Below, piece by piece: positions 1 to 10,382 of a stretch of DNA of 45,831 bases. The stretch spans positions 1 to 45,831 of the forward strand of contig JBDRHP010000068.1 of the NCBI GenBank assembly GCA_043816785.1. Reading direction: 5' to 3'. Numbering within the stretch: position 1 is the stretch's first letter; every line of letters begins with the position of its first letter. The notes beneath the pieces are model-generated. The model had not been told where the DNA came from. It did no database searches and worked only from the letters and a program-made list of their open reading frames with translations. This DNA comes from Candidatus Margulisiibacteriota bacterium. GTDB taxonomy: Bacteria; Margulisbacteria; WOR-1; O2-12-FULL-45-9. A program made the translations under genes and the position numbers.

Positions 1-2096
1 CCAGACCCTGTGCCAGTGGTAAAAGCAAAGTCATTATCACCGGTCATGGACAGACTTTCGTCCACGTCATCTGCATTGGTTACAGTGATAGTATATGGTG
101 TGCTCGCAGCAAAATCATCATGAGCAATCGTAGCTACGGTATGGGTCGGATTCCAGCTAACTGAAGTGCCGGTCACAGCCGGAGCCACAGTATAAGTAAA
201 AGTACCGGACTGGATCGATTCATTAAAGGTAATAGTGACCGCAGCGTCAATATTCACATCAGTTGCGGCGTTAAGCGGCGTGGTTGACGTAATGAACGGA
301 GCGCCAGGGTTAATAATACTGGCAATATAATTGAATGACCAGCGGGCAGTCTCATTGCCATTAGCCCAAACAGTGTTGGTGCCGTCGGTAACAGAAACAT
401 TCCACTCGTAAGTATTGCCAACGACCAGGCCTGAAGTCACGGAATGACTGGTGCCGGTAATACCGGTCTGGGTATAAGCCGGGGTTACGTAATCTCCCGG
501 GTTATAAACAAAGACACTATAGGTAAGCGTATCCAGCACATCCGGATCTGAGCTGGCTGTCCATTGTAAATTAGCGTCGCAGCATTCGTCGTTGCCGTCA
601 GCCGGCAAAGTTTTGCCAAAAGCCACTGGCGGATCATTAGTAGTGTCAACAATAAAGTCAGTATCGCCGTTATCACTGCCAAAGACATACCACACGGTCA
701 TGGGAGGAAGGTCTCCGTCTGAGACACTGACGCGCCATTCATAGTTGCCGTTGGTAAATGTGCCGCTAACCGGGATAGTTAAAGAAACAGTTGCGCCCGG
801 GGTTTGGGAAGCCATGATCTCCTCGGTCCAGCTGCCGCCAACCGGACGGTGGGCCACCGTGGGGATCAAGGTGCCGGTTGGGGTCGCGTCATTGACCTGG
901 AATTTAACAATGATCTGATTTTCATTGGTTGTGCCTTCGTCTGCGATTTCCGTTACCCCGTCTAACCTGTACTGCTTGAGAGACTCCTGGACTATGGTTG
1001 GCCAGGTATTGATGACCGGCGAAATATGTTCAGTATAAGTGTAAGCCCCGGTTGGGCTGTAAGTCAAAGCTGCTCCGGTGCCAGCCGAAGAAATTGCCAG
1101 GCCGTCAGCCATATAGCTGGAGGCCCCTGCATCAACTTCTTCTGCCTGCACTGTGCCGGAAATATCATTTGTTAGGATGGAATATATTTTATTGCTTGTT
1201 TCAGAGCTGTTTTGCGCTCGCTTGTAGACCAGTTGGCCGCCACCGGGCGTAATATCAAAGGCTGTCCAGCCATAGGAAGCGTTGACATCAGGATTTTCCA
1301 CTGATCCATGAAGAGTCAAGTAAGGGGAGCTGTTGGAAATATCATAGACTTTAACATCAATGCCGTCAGAGCCATTGACCGCCACATAAAGTTTATTAGC
1401 AGACACCTTGAGATAGGTTGGATAGGTCAAGCCAGTGGAAATAGTGGTTAGGTAAGTAACCGTGTCCCCGGCTGGTGCGTAGTCATAGACATAGATCTTG
1501 CCTGTATTCACTTTCTGGGAAATAAAGATCTTGTAAGCGCCGAAACCATCAGCTGGCGTAACCGCAACGGAAAAAAGACCGGTTTGGCCGGAAATGCCGC
1601 TGGTTACCAGCTTTACCATGGCGTTGGTCGAAGTATTGTAAACCCACAATCTGCCCGCGCCATTGTCCACCACAAACAAGCGGTTATTGCTGGCAAAAGC
1701 CATGCCAGCAGGCAAAGAACCCGAACCCCAGATATCTCCGCTCATGTCGGTGGAGCCTCCACTAGGTATGCCGCTGCCGTTTAAGGGGTAGGTTCTGACT
1801 TCAGAAGCCGCGCCTAATCCCACGCTGACAAAAAGTTTTGTCCCGTCATTTGAAACAGCTAAACCATGACATTTTGAAGTGGCTGGTAAACTTATTGAAG
1901 TTAGATCCGCCCAGGTACTGCCGCTTCTGATGAGGACCCTGGGAGTAGCGTCATTTTCTACGTAATAAAGCGTGCCGGTAACCGGGTTCACAACGCTGTT
2001 AGCCGGAGTAACAGGCGAAATAGCCTGTCCGGCCAATCCCAACCCGATTAATATGGTTAATATTAATAGGGGTAATATCAAGTATTTTTTTATCAT
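1..2096 (-). CDS. Large secreted/surface protein (probable N-terminal beta-propeller-like region, then Ig-like/Big_5 domain); runs off the window start
   Basis: Absent from the ORF track because there is no stop in the window. ATG at 2096 with GGAGG upstream; Sec signal MIKKYLILPLLILTILIGLGLAGQA. The same frame near position 1 reads APFITSTTPLNAATDVNIDAAVTITFNESI...YTITVT...FAFTTG, typical of Big_5 Ig-like domains. Thr/Ser/Gly-rich. Confidence 0.75.
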   Translation of the reverse strand, partial: MIKKYLILPLLILTILIGLGLAGQAISPVTPANSVVNPVTGTLYYVENDATPRVLIRSGSTWADLTSISLPATSKCHGLAVSNDGTKLFVSVGLGAASEVRTYPLNGSGIPSGGSTDMSGDIWGSGSLPAGMAFASNNRLFVVDNGAGRLWVYNTSTNAMVKLVTSGISGQTGLFSVAVTPADGFGAYKIFISQKVNTGKIYVYDYAPAGDTVTYLTTISTGLTYPTYLKVSANKLYVAVNGSDGIDVKVYDISNSSPYLTLHGSVENPDVNASYGWTAFDITPGGGQLVYKRAQNSSETSNKIYSILTNDISGTVQAEEVDAGASSYMADGLAISSAGTGAALTYSPTGAYTYTEHISPVINTWPTIVQESLKQYRLDGVTEIADEGTTNENQIIVKFQVNDATPTGTLIPTVAHRPVGGSWTEEIMASQTPGATVSLTIPVSGTFTNGNYEWRVSVSDGDLPPMTVWYVFGSDNGDTDFIVDTTNDPPVAFGKTLPADGNDECCDANLQWTASSDPDVLDTLTYSVFVYNPGDYVTPAYTQTGITGTSHSVTSGLVVGNTYEWNVSVTDGTNTVWANGNETARWSFNYIASIINPGAPFITSTTPLNAATDVNIDAAVTITFNESIQSGTFTYTVAPAVTGTSVSWNPTHTVATIAHDDFAASTPYTITVTNADDVDESLSMTGDNDFAFTTGTGS

Positions 2097-2116
2097 AGTT
2101 TTATTCCTCCTGGGCT

Positions 2117-3157
2117 TTACAAGGAAATTATTCTGGCTCTAAAGCCAGTGCGATAATCAATGTCATAACCATGCGCTTCTCTGGCGTCGGCAACCAGCAC
2201 CACAGAAACTCTGATGGCCAGCTTGCCGTTGCTGTAAAAGTTTTCTGGAATGTTGATGCGCACTGCTTGCGGCTCGCCACCACAGGTTACGCCTAATGGC
2301 GTGATCAAGGCGTCCTCAGCCTCCGGGTTATAAAGATCATCAATATTGGTGAAAGTTTCCGAGTAAATGCTGTTTTCTTCCAGCGGGAAATACTCACCAT
2401 CAATGACCTCGAAGGCTTCAATTCTAATGGCGCTCAGATAAAGCGGCACGCGATTGGCCGGGTCATCAGGGCAGGCGACAAAAGTGCTGTAATCATCCTC
2501 ATCACAACCAAGATAAACAGGTTCTTCTCCCTCGCCTAAATTTGCGTTATATTCGTTTTGGAAATCTATTTCTTCTTGACTTAGCTGGCGGTTGTCAATT
2601 AAGCCGTCTAAACAGCTTTCAATAAGCTCGGGTGTTTCCAGGTTATCCGGGGGCATATTTGCCAGAATGGTGGAATCAGTGCCTAGCTCAATCGCCAGGG
2701 CCAGATCTTGCAGTCCGCTGCCTTCAATATAGCCGGAAGTCAAAACGATCTCAGAAGTTTCCTGGAAAAAATCAAAGCCAGATTCGCCGACAGTGAGCAC
2801 TTCATTAAAGATGTCACCGGGCATTTCCACTTCGCCAGTTTCTGGGTTTACTTCCAGGCCGCTATCCGGGCCTGGGATAAGATCAATTCCACCGTCAGCA
2901 TCAGGATCAAGTTGCGGCTCGATCTCTGACCCATCTTCATAACCACAACCGGTAACGCCGCCTGTTCCGTAGGAGTCAGTCATAATGTTTGTGGCTGAAT
3001 TTGTCAGCCAGTCCCAGGCGTCTTCCGCTAAGCCTTTGCTTGAAGCTTCAGAACCCTTATTAGCTGTGGATTCGCTTTTGCCAGACTTAGCTGAAGAATT
3101 GGTTATGCCAAGGTAATTTGTCAATATTCCCACCGGTGAAAAACTAAAAATATCCAT
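2117..3157 (-). CDS. Hypothetical very acidic protein with low-complexity Ser/Lys N-terminus
   Basis: 346-aa ORF, AGGAGG RBS, sigma28-like promoter upstream; no family motif recognised. Confidence 0.75.
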   Translation of the reverse strand: MDIFSFSPVGILTNYLGITNSSAKSGKSESTANKGSEASSKGLAEDAWDWLTNSATNIMTDSYGTGGVTGCGYEDGSEIEPQLDPDADGGIDLIPGPDSGLEVNPETGEVEMPGDIFNEVLTVGESGFDFFQETSEIVLTSGYIEGSGLQDLALAIELGTDSTILANMPPDNLETPELIESCLDGLIDNRQLSQEEIDFQNEYNANLGEGEEPVYLGCDEDDYSTFVACPDDPANRVPLYLSAIRIEAFEVIDGEYFPLEENSIYSETFTNIDDLYNPEAEDALITPLGVTCGGEPQAVRINIPENFYSNGKLAIRVSVVLVADAREAHGYDIDYRTGFRARIISL

Positions 3158-3215
3158 TATCTAATCCTCCTATAACTGGCCCAAATATTTGAGGGCCTAG
3201 TTTTCCTCTATATAA

Positions 3216-3243
3216 TTATCGCCAGGTTCAGCGGAAAATTTCA
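3216..3243 (-). promoter_or_regulatory. sigma28/FliA-like promoter P1
   Basis: Minus strand T-GAAATTTT-ccgctgaacct(11)-GGCGATAA, 58 nt upstream of the ATG at 3157. Confidence 0.7.
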
Positions 3244-3261
3244 CTTTTGACGCTAAATAAT

Positions 3262-5538
3262 TTAGGCTTTGCCTGTTCCAAACACCTTGTTAAAGAAACC
3301 GGGCTTAATAGCGTCGTGAACTGCCCGGGCTTTTGCCCTGACATTCGCCTGTTCTTGAGAATTATTTGCGATGGCTGCCAGTATTGGGCCGGCATTATAC
3401 CGCTTTGCCAGGCTGGCAAGTCCGGAAGAATTTTTTGGTTGGTTCAGGGTTTGAACGATCATCCTGCGGAAATACTCGGTCATAACAACGTCTGCGCCGG
3501 CTCGGATAAAGCCATCACCAGTTTCCCTGAGCGGGTTTATTTGCTTGATAAATTCTGGAGTTGCCAGGGATTCAACAACTTTCCAGGCAATTTCTGGACG
3601 GATGTCCTGATGCAAAAGCCCCAGCTGTTCAGAAAGCGACATTTTCTTGATCGCCTCAAAAGTTAAGCTGGCAAAGAATAATGTTCGACGCAAAGTTTGC
3701 GCGTTGCCGCCTGCGATCCCATCCATTAATTCATAGGCCAGCCTCCTTTGGCCAGGATCAAGCCGGCTAAGCCTGGGATCAAAAGAATTGGACTGCTCTT
3801 GTTTGAGGGCGGGGTCTTGGGCTGGCTGGTTGCGGCGATCGTATTCCACGACATTGACCTGCGAGAGGTCGAGCGTATAAGGGAGATTGGCCACAACAAC
3901 GCTGATGTTATCACTAGAGCGGCCAAAGGAGTTATCCCGTATGCCTTCAGCTACCTCTAAGAGTGAGGCGCGGTTAGGGTCCCTGGCGATATTTGTCATC
4001 TCATGCTCTAAAACATTGCCGTCATTTGCCCCGTCAGAAGTAAGCACCAGTTTTGAGTTAACACTTGAGTCAATGAGTGAGATTTCCACGATCCTGATGT
4101 GCGGCGGCACCTGAATACTCCCGTCACGATTCTTATTATGGGCGCCGAGCGCAGAAGCGACGATGTTACTATTATTTTTAATTGCAGGCGGGAGATCAAT
4201 AGCTTCCAGCCGCTCTAAAGCAGCTTCAGTTAAAGGCAAGTCAGTAGCTTCCTGAGTATTCTGTGGTATCCACATGTATCTTAAATTATGATCTAAGGTC
4301 AGGTGATAAGTCTCGTTTTCCTGGACCAGTTTGGCGCGGGAATCGCCCACCTGCGCGATCTGCAGGAGCTTGTTTTTTCTGTCAACTATAACAACAACAA
4401 GAGTGGAGCCGGCTTCCTGGCCAGGCAGCTGCCGCGCTGCTCTTTCATTGGCAATGACAACCGCGTTGTAGAGCGTTTCCCCGGCTTGCAAAGCGTTAAG
4501 CAGATGCTGAATAATTAACCGGCTGGCTAATTCGCCGGCCGCATGGCCGCCCATGCCGTCCGCAACCACAAAGGCTTCGACATCTTCAGACAATCTGGCG
4601 TAGCCCGCGCTGTCCTCATTACCCTCGCGGATTCTGCCCTTGTCAGTGACCAGAGCAAAACCTGGGCCGGCAAAAGAGCCTTTGTCGCAGGTAACGCCAA
4701 ATAATTCAACCCGGCTGGCATAGCGCAACTCTTGATGGAGCCTTTGCACTGTCGCTTGCCAGATCGCGGCTGATCTGCCAGAAGCTGTTACAGCTCTTAG
4801 CGCAGCTGTCAAGGCATCGCTGGTTGATTGTCCCTCGAAACCAGCGTTTCTTAAAATCTCCTGCAGTCTCACATCATAATCCGACCATTGTTGGTTGATT
4901 TGCTGGAGATTATCGGCCCGCTTGGATTCTGCAGCGGCCTTTTGTTGTGCCTGATCTATTCGTGTCTTAGATTCTGTTGCTAAATCAATATTAAAGGCTT
5001 CAGCAATTTGGAGGGCTTCGGCGGCTTTTTCAGCCTGTTGTGTTGCGTCAATATTGGCGGTCTGGGATTGCTTTAGTTCGGTTCTTAGGTCTGTTAATTG
5101 TTTTTCAAGCTTGCCCAGCGTAGCAATCTTGCGCTGAAGCTCCTTTCTAAGATCAGTAACCTGTGTTTGCAGCTCGGTGGCGGCTGCTATGGTGGGACGC
5201 TGCGCAAGCTCCTCGGTGGCGGCTTTGAGATTGGTTTCAAGCTCAGACAGGCGCTGGCCCAATTCGGAGATCTTTATTTCAGCCGCGTCCAGTCGCTCCA
5301 GGGCCAAGTCCGCGACTAATATTGGGTCTAGCTCTTTATCCCGGACCAGATCCAGCACCCTCTTGGCCAGGGTTTCTGCTGTATTGGCAAAGCCAGCCGG
5401 CAAACCATCTCTGAAAGGGGCGCTGGCTAAAGTCCTTAAGCTGTGCCTTCCTGGTTGGGGGGCGCGCGGTGCTTGTCGGGCGGCATTGATAAACCTGGTT
5501 AGTCTGTTTAGATATTCAACTGATATTCTTGGAGGCAT
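3262..5538 (-). CDS. Coiled-coil + PP2C (PPM) family Ser/Thr protein phosphatase
   Basis: PPM motifs NEDS, VVADGMGGHAAGE, AGST, QVGDSRA, LTLDH, ASALG, LTSDG, SDNISVV, preceded by a long heptad-rich helical region. Confidence 0.9.
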   Translation of the reverse strand: MPPRISVEYLNRLTRFINAARQAPRAPQPGRHSLRTLASAPFRDGLPAGFANTAETLAKRVLDLVRDKELDPILVADLALERLDAAEIKISELGQRLSELETNLKAATEELAQRPTIAAATELQTQVTDLRKELQRKIATLGKLEKQLTDLRTELKQSQTANIDATQQAEKAAEALQIAEAFNIDLATESKTRIDQAQQKAAAESKRADNLQQINQQWSDYDVRLQEILRNAGFEGQSTSDALTAALRAVTASGRSAAIWQATVQRLHQELRYASRVELFGVTCDKGSFAGPGFALVTDKGRIREGNEDSAGYARLSEDVEAFVVADGMGGHAAGELASRLIIQHLLNALQAGETLYNAVVIANERAARQLPGQEAGSTLVVVIVDRKNKLLQIAQVGDSRAKLVQENETYHLTLDHNLRYMWIPQNTQEATDLPLTEAALERLEAIDLPPAIKNNSNIVASALGAHNKNRDGSIQVPPHIRIVEISLIDSSVNSKLVLTSDGANDGNVLEHEMTNIARDPNRASLLEVAEGIRDNSFGRSSDNISVVVANLPYTLDLSQVNVVEYDRRNQPAQDPALKQEQSNSFDPRLSRLDPGQRRLAYELMDGIAGGNAQTLRRTLFFASLTFEAIKKMSLSEQLGLLHQDIRPEIAWKVVESLATPEFIKQINPLRETGDGFIRAGADVVMTEYFRRMIVQTLNQPKNSSGLASLAKRYNAGPILAAIANNSQEQANVRAKARAVHDAIKPGFFNKVFGTGKA

Positions 5539-5549
5539 GTTTTCTCCTT

Positions 5550-7868
5550 TTAGCTTTTAGTGCGGCGAAGGCTGTCGAGCGCTTCCCTGGCTCCGGGCTT
5601 GCCTTCTTGAGCCAGGCTGGCAAGCTCTGCGGCTTTTTCCGCAGTCACCATGTCAGACGCAAGTATCCTATTAACTTCTGGATCAACGACGATGGTTGCT
5701 TCAGGCGCGGCTGCGGCTGCTTTTGCCCTAACACTAGCGCGGGGAACTGTTGCCTCTTCCGGTGCAGGGGCAATTGGTTCGGGCGCAGGCGCTTCTGGCG
5801 CTGCCTTGCTCTCCGCGGGAATTCTTTGATTGACTTCGCCTTGCAGAACCTGTATTCTTTGCTGTTGCTCAGCCAGCCATGCGTCTCTTAGCTGCTGCTG
5901 CTCAACCTGCCGCGCTTCTATTTTTGCCCGATGATCTGCATTGCCTTGCTCATAAGAAATTATTTGCTCGCCAACCTGCTCCAGGCTGCCTATGGCAGTT
6001 CTTAAGTTTCTTGTCAGGTTGTCTTTTCTTATGCTTGCTTGTTCTCGGTCCTTCGAGACCCGATCAAGTTCAGCATCAAAACCAACAATAGCTGTATGAT
6101 AAGCGGCTTGGGTTGCTGACTGCTGCGCTTTATTGAGCAGTTTTCTCTGTTGACCGATGTTTGCGGTTAACTCGTTTATTGCTGCTTCGTGATTGTGCAA
6201 CTCGTTTATTGTGGCATCAAATTGAGTTGTCAGGTCGCTGATCTGAGCTTCCAGGCGGGAGACATCAGCTGCAAAACCATGGCGGCGTAACTCAGCGCCA
6301 ACTTCTGGCACAAGCTCTAACACATTATTCATTGCGCCGGCCAGGGTGAGAACCACTGGATTGGACAGGTCAGCCAGGGCATTTCTGATCTCTGTTTCTC
6401 TGGTTGGATCAAGGTTTGGCTGCAGCGCGCTAACCACTCTATCAGCCAGATCATCTATGCGCATAACCGTGGTTGGTCCGCTCATCGAGGGAGGGGCCAT
6501 GGGCGCCGGAGCTTGGCTTGTTGAAGGATCTAAATCTAATTCAGCGCTTATTTCAGGGATATTCTCTTCAGCTTGCTCTGGGCCTACTTTAACAACCAGG
6601 GCTGTAATGTTATCTTTGCCATGACCGGTGGCTTGCATTTCGCCTAGAGCGTCATCCTTTACCACCTGAGCAATTTCTAAACCAGTCCTGTGCTGATTAG
6701 CAATAAGCATTTCTCTTAAACGGGCGAAAGGTATGCTGCCGTACGCGCCGTCAGATACTACAAGAAAGACGTCTCCTGATAGGGCATCAGTTTCAATTAG
6801 AGGCTGGGCGAGTTTTTTATTTAAAGCATCTATTCCTTCTATCCCAAGGGCCTGGGAAAGTCGGACTAAGATGTCCCCCCCTTCCATGTTATTGGCTGTC
6901 TCATGGAAAAATTCTGATAGTGCTTCATCCATGATCTTACCCTGTTGTTTTAGAGTAACTAATTCGCCGTGCCTAGTTGGCCCGTAAGCAACTTTTTCAC
7001 TGCCTAGCGGGGTATCCATAGCAACTGTATCATCAATGGTTAATAATCTAAGGTTGTTATCCCGTAATCGATAAACTCTTGAGTCACCCACGTGTCGGAC
7101 AAAGGCCTGATTACCCTCGATCAATAGGGTCGCGACAGTTGTGCCTCCAGCGTCTTGGCCGCTTCTGCCGCTGTTTAATGCAACTATATTTTTGTGGGCT
7201 GACCGAATCAATGGGGCAACATCAACAGATGTGCCCTGTGCCAGAGAAGTATAGTTAACAAAAAAAGCATTAATCGCTTGATCCCTGGCTTCCCCGCCAT
7301 AAGCGTGACCCCCCATACCGTCGGCTACAACGGCTAGAATACTAATGATGTTGCCCTCAGTGTCGCGTTGAACAGCCAGGAACATCCCGTCTTCTTGCAC
7401 CTTGCGGCCATGGCCGATATTAGAAACCCCGCCAAGATTACTTGTGCTAAAAACAGCTTGGCCATCGAGGTCAGCTTCCCTGCCTTCTGAAACAGGAAAC
7501 ATTTCTACTGTTGTTTGAGCAGGGGCTTTAGCCGCTGGCGGAGGCGGCGGTGTGACAGGCTGCTGCGGTAATGGTGGCGGGACAGCTGGTCTGGCTGCCT
7601 GCTCTGCTGGAAGATGCGAGAGAATGCTTTCGATTATAGTTCCCAGTTCTGCGTGACTGCGGTTAGCAATTAATAGATTTCTGGCGCTTACCAGCTCAGC
7701 ACCCTGAAGCGGGGACTGGCCACCTTGCAACTGTTTCAGCAAAATATTAAGATGGGTCCTCATATCTCCGACATTGCCTCGTGAAAAGGCTTGCTGCATT
7801 GATGTGATGCGACGCTGCGCCCTCACCGCATCATAAGATCTATTAACTACTGGTCCTACTGGTGTCAT
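5550..7868 (-). CDS. PP2C (PPM) family Ser/Thr protein phosphatase + C-terminal coiled coil
   Basis: QEDG, VVADGMGGHAYG, GGTT, HVGDSRVY, LSQALG, VVSDG, KDNIT motifs; Pro-rich linker; C-terminal heptad repeats. Confidence 0.9.
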   Translation of the reverse strand: MTPVGPVVNRSYDAVRAQRRITSMQQAFSRGNVGDMRTHLNILLKQLQGGQSPLQGAELVSARNLLIANRSHAELGTIIESILSHLPAEQAARPAVPPPLPQQPVTPPPPPAAKAPAQTTVEMFPVSEGREADLDGQAVFSTSNLGGVSNIGHGRKVQEDGMFLAVQRDTEGNIISILAVVADGMGGHAYGGEARDQAINAFFVNYTSLAQGTSVDVAPLIRSAHKNIVALNSGRSGQDAGGTTVATLLIEGNQAFVRHVGDSRVYRLRDNNLRLLTIDDTVAMDTPLGSEKVAYGPTRHGELVTLKQQGKIMDEALSEFFHETANNMEGGDILVRLSQALGIEGIDALNKKLAQPLIETDALSGDVFLVVSDGAYGSIPFARLREMLIANQHRTGLEIAQVVKDDALGEMQATGHGKDNITALVVKVGPEQAEENIPEISAELDLDPSTSQAPAPMAPPSMSGPTTVMRIDDLADRVVSALQPNLDPTRETEIRNALADLSNPVVLTLAGAMNNVLELVPEVGAELRRHGFAADVSRLEAQISDLTTQFDATINELHNHEAAINELTANIGQQRKLLNKAQQSATQAAYHTAIVGFDAELDRVSKDREQASIRKDNLTRNLRTAIGSLEQVGEQIISYEQGNADHRAKIEARQVEQQQLRDAWLAEQQQRIQVLQGEVNQRIPAESKAAPEAPAPEPIAPAPEEATVPRASVRAKAAAAAPEATIVVDPEVNRILASDMVTAEKAAELASLAQEGKPGAREALDSLRRTKS

Positions 7869-7888
7869 TTTTGTAATTCCCCCTTTAT

Positions 7889-10231
7889 TTAACTTGAAAC
7901 ATTGTCCATGAGATAGCTCATGGTAGTTTGAATATATTCAGCTAATTCTGTTTCCTTGGCGCCTCTGGCTGTGATTAGCTGCATCATTAGTTCTGTATTT
8001 AATCGCGCAATGTCTGCTGGAGAAAGAGAGAAGACATCAAGTTCTCCGGTGATGATACTTTCCATGGTTGCCAATTTATTGTTGGTTGCGCCTTCTTTTA
8101 TCAGCTGAAGAATACCAGCCAGGCTGGGCCCTTCGCTGCTTGGCAAAAGCGCGTCCAAGCTGGGGCTGTCTGCAACAACCTCAATCTCGCCAGAACCAAC
8201 CTCCATGGTTGGCTCGCTTGGGCGAACTGGCTCAGATCGCGCTGTCTTTCTAGTTGCTTCTTCCTCAGGCCTCAAGGGCAGGCCTTGATTAAAGCGGTCC
8301 AAAACAGTCATTAGCGCATGAGCATCGCTATAGCCCTCTTTCAAATTCCATGTTACGCCGTTTAATATAATAGTAAAGAGATCGTCTTCAATCTGTGTCC
8401 TGGCCTTGACCCCGCGCAGGCTTTTAAAATCATGAACTAAAGCCCATTGTGACCGGATCTCATTTGCGCGGGTCATGTTTCCATCATTGAGTGCTTGCCT
8501 GAATAAAACAAAAGCATCGATCATCCGCCTCATGGGCATGGCGTTAATCACGGGCTTCCCTGTAGCTTTGTCATTAATAGGGCTTTCTCCTATATAATGG
8601 AGTCCGTCGCCAAGATCCCAGACCTGAGTATAACCTGTCAGCATTTTATAAATTATGACAGCATTGGCATAAAGATCATTTCTTTTCAGGACTTCCAGGT
8701 CTTTGTTGCCCCGCTTTTGGGCGCTATAATCAGTTAAGTAGAAGGGTCCGCCGTAAGCAGGCGTACCTGCCCAAATACCAGTGGCAGTTGCTTCAGCCTG
8801 GCCGTCAACATCCTTGGCCAGGCCAAAATCAGCCACCTTGATCTCACCGGTACTTCTATCGTAGAAAATATTCGCTGGTTTGAGGTCGCGGTGGGTAATG
8901 CCTAACTGGTGGAGATGGTGCAGGACACTGGCAATGGCATAACCGACCCGGGCTGCTTCTTCTGCCTGAAACACGCCGTCTTTTATTACTGCGTCTAAGT
9001 CTGGCCAGGCCATATGTTCCATGGTCAGCAGGGGATACTCTACTCCGTCAGGAGCAGTACAAACCCCTCGGGCAAAAACCTTGACTACTGACCCATGGTT
9101 AACTTTGGCTTGGGTTTCAAATTCACTCTTAAAACGGTCGGTGAAACTTAGATCCCTAAGAACTTTGAGCGCAACCCTTTGGCCGGTTGCAGCATCAATA
9201 GCTTCGTAAACTTCACCCATGGCGCCGCTGCCCAGCCAATGGGCATTGGGCAACAATGGCCGATTCATGCCTGTGCCTACTTTGGTGGTTATCCGGTCAG
9301 AAACCTCCTCAGTTACAGGTAAAAGGAAATAGGTCTTGGATTTACTATTAACAGTAAAGGCATCAGCAACATAAAGGCCAGCCTGCTCTGACATTTCTCT
9401 GATCTGATCAGAGCGTTCGCTTAGCAGGTTTCTGACTTCCTGTTGCACATCGCCTGGCATACGATCAAGCTGTTTGGCATAACCCAATAAGGTTCTTAGT
9501 TGTTCATGCGCAGTAGCCAAATTTTCCAACTCGTTAGCATTTTCATCAACTGTCCGGGTTCTGATCCTTTCCAGGCTGGCTCGAATGTTTAAAATTTCAG
9601 TGGAGTCAAGGACTGGGGGCTGTGCGTTGCCGCCATTAGCTGGTTTGACAGGGGCTTCCTGGCTAGTGGCGGAAGGCTTGTTAAATATGCGGCGCGCGAT
9701 TAGATGAAGTGGAACCGCAACAATAAGTGCTGCTGCTATGTGGAAGCCAGCGGTAAGAACAAATTTTGCCACTAAACCCATTTCAACTGTCCAGGCTGTT
9801 GGCAGTACATTCAGAGTAATATTGGTAGCCAGGCTTCTAAAACCCAGAATAAGAGAAGTAGCTGATAAAGTCCCGTACCAGCCAAGATAAGGCGCGGCTT
9901 TAGCAATCTTTTGCAGCGTGTTACCTTGTTTTGCGGGTGGGTTAGGAGCTGGCGGCGGTGTGCTGGGAGGTTTGGAAGGACCTGTCACAGGTGGTCGAGA
10001 TAACACACGAACTGGAGACGGGGTTTGTGTTCCGCCGTTTGCTGCCATCATCATAATGTGTGTAGCAAGAGGATTGGCCGCGCCGGCTGTCGCAGCCTGC
10101 GTAAATCGCAAAGAAGGCAAATGGCGGCTTAGAAATCCTCTAATATCCCGGCGAAGCTCCCTGCCAAGTAAAATATTGCTAAAATTTGTTACCTGCCGTC
10201 TAATGTTAACTCTATCAGCGATCAGTGGCAT
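7889..10231 (-). CDS. Hanks-type Ser/Thr protein kinase with two N-terminal hydrophobic helices
   Basis: LGSGAMGEVY, VALKVL, RFKSE, HRDLKPANI, VADFGLAK, GTPAY; hydrophobic segments at about aa 115-180. Confidence 0.92.
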   Translation of the reverse strand: MPLIADRVNIRRQVTNFSNILLGRELRRDIRGFLSRHLPSLRFTQAATAGAANPLATHIMMMAANGGTQTPSPVRVLSRPPVTGPSKPPSTPPPAPNPPAKQGNTLQKIAKAAPYLGWYGTLSATSLILGFRSLATNITLNVLPTAWTVEMGLVAKFVLTAGFHIAAALIVAVPLHLIARRIFNKPSATSQEAPVKPANGGNAQPPVLDSTEILNIRASLERIRTRTVDENANELENLATAHEQLRTLLGYAKQLDRMPGDVQQEVRNLLSERSDQIREMSEQAGLYVADAFTVNSKSKTYFLLPVTEEVSDRITTKVGTGMNRPLLPNAHWLGSGAMGEVYEAIDAATGQRVALKVLRDLSFTDRFKSEFETQAKVNHGSVVKVFARGVCTAPDGVEYPLLTMEHMAWPDLDAVIKDGVFQAEEAARVGYAIASVLHHLHQLGITHRDLKPANIFYDRSTGEIKVADFGLAKDVDGQAEATATGIWAGTPAYGGPFYLTDYSAQKRGNKDLEVLKRNDLYANAVIIYKMLTGYTQVWDLGDGLHYIGESPINDKATGKPVINAMPMRRMIDAFVLFRQALNDGNMTRANEIRSQWALVHDFKSLRGVKARTQIEDDLFTIILNGVTWNLKEGYSDAHALMTVLDRFNQGLPLRPEEEATRKTARSEPVRPSEPTMEVGSGEIEVVADSPSLDALLPSSEGPSLAGILQLIKEGATNNKLATMESIITGELDVFSLSPADIARLNTELMMQLITARGAKETELAEYIQTTMSYLMDNVSS

Positions 10232-10297
10232 TATTTTTCCCCCTTAATTTGCTTGTCCATAGCCGCAGGGCATAAGGACACTATTATTCCTATGTAA

Positions 10298-10325
10298 TTA
10301 TCGCCAGCTTTCAGGGAAAATTTCA
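10298..10325 (-). promoter_or_regulatory. sigma28/FliA-like promoter P2
   Basis: Minus strand T-GAAATTTT-ccctgaaagct(11)-GGCGATAA upstream of the kinase-PP2C-PP2C unit. Confidence 0.7.
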
Positions 10326-10382
10326 CTTTTTAGCAAAACTTTTGGAATTGTTTTTCTTCTATTTTTGTCGTCGAGAAACAGG

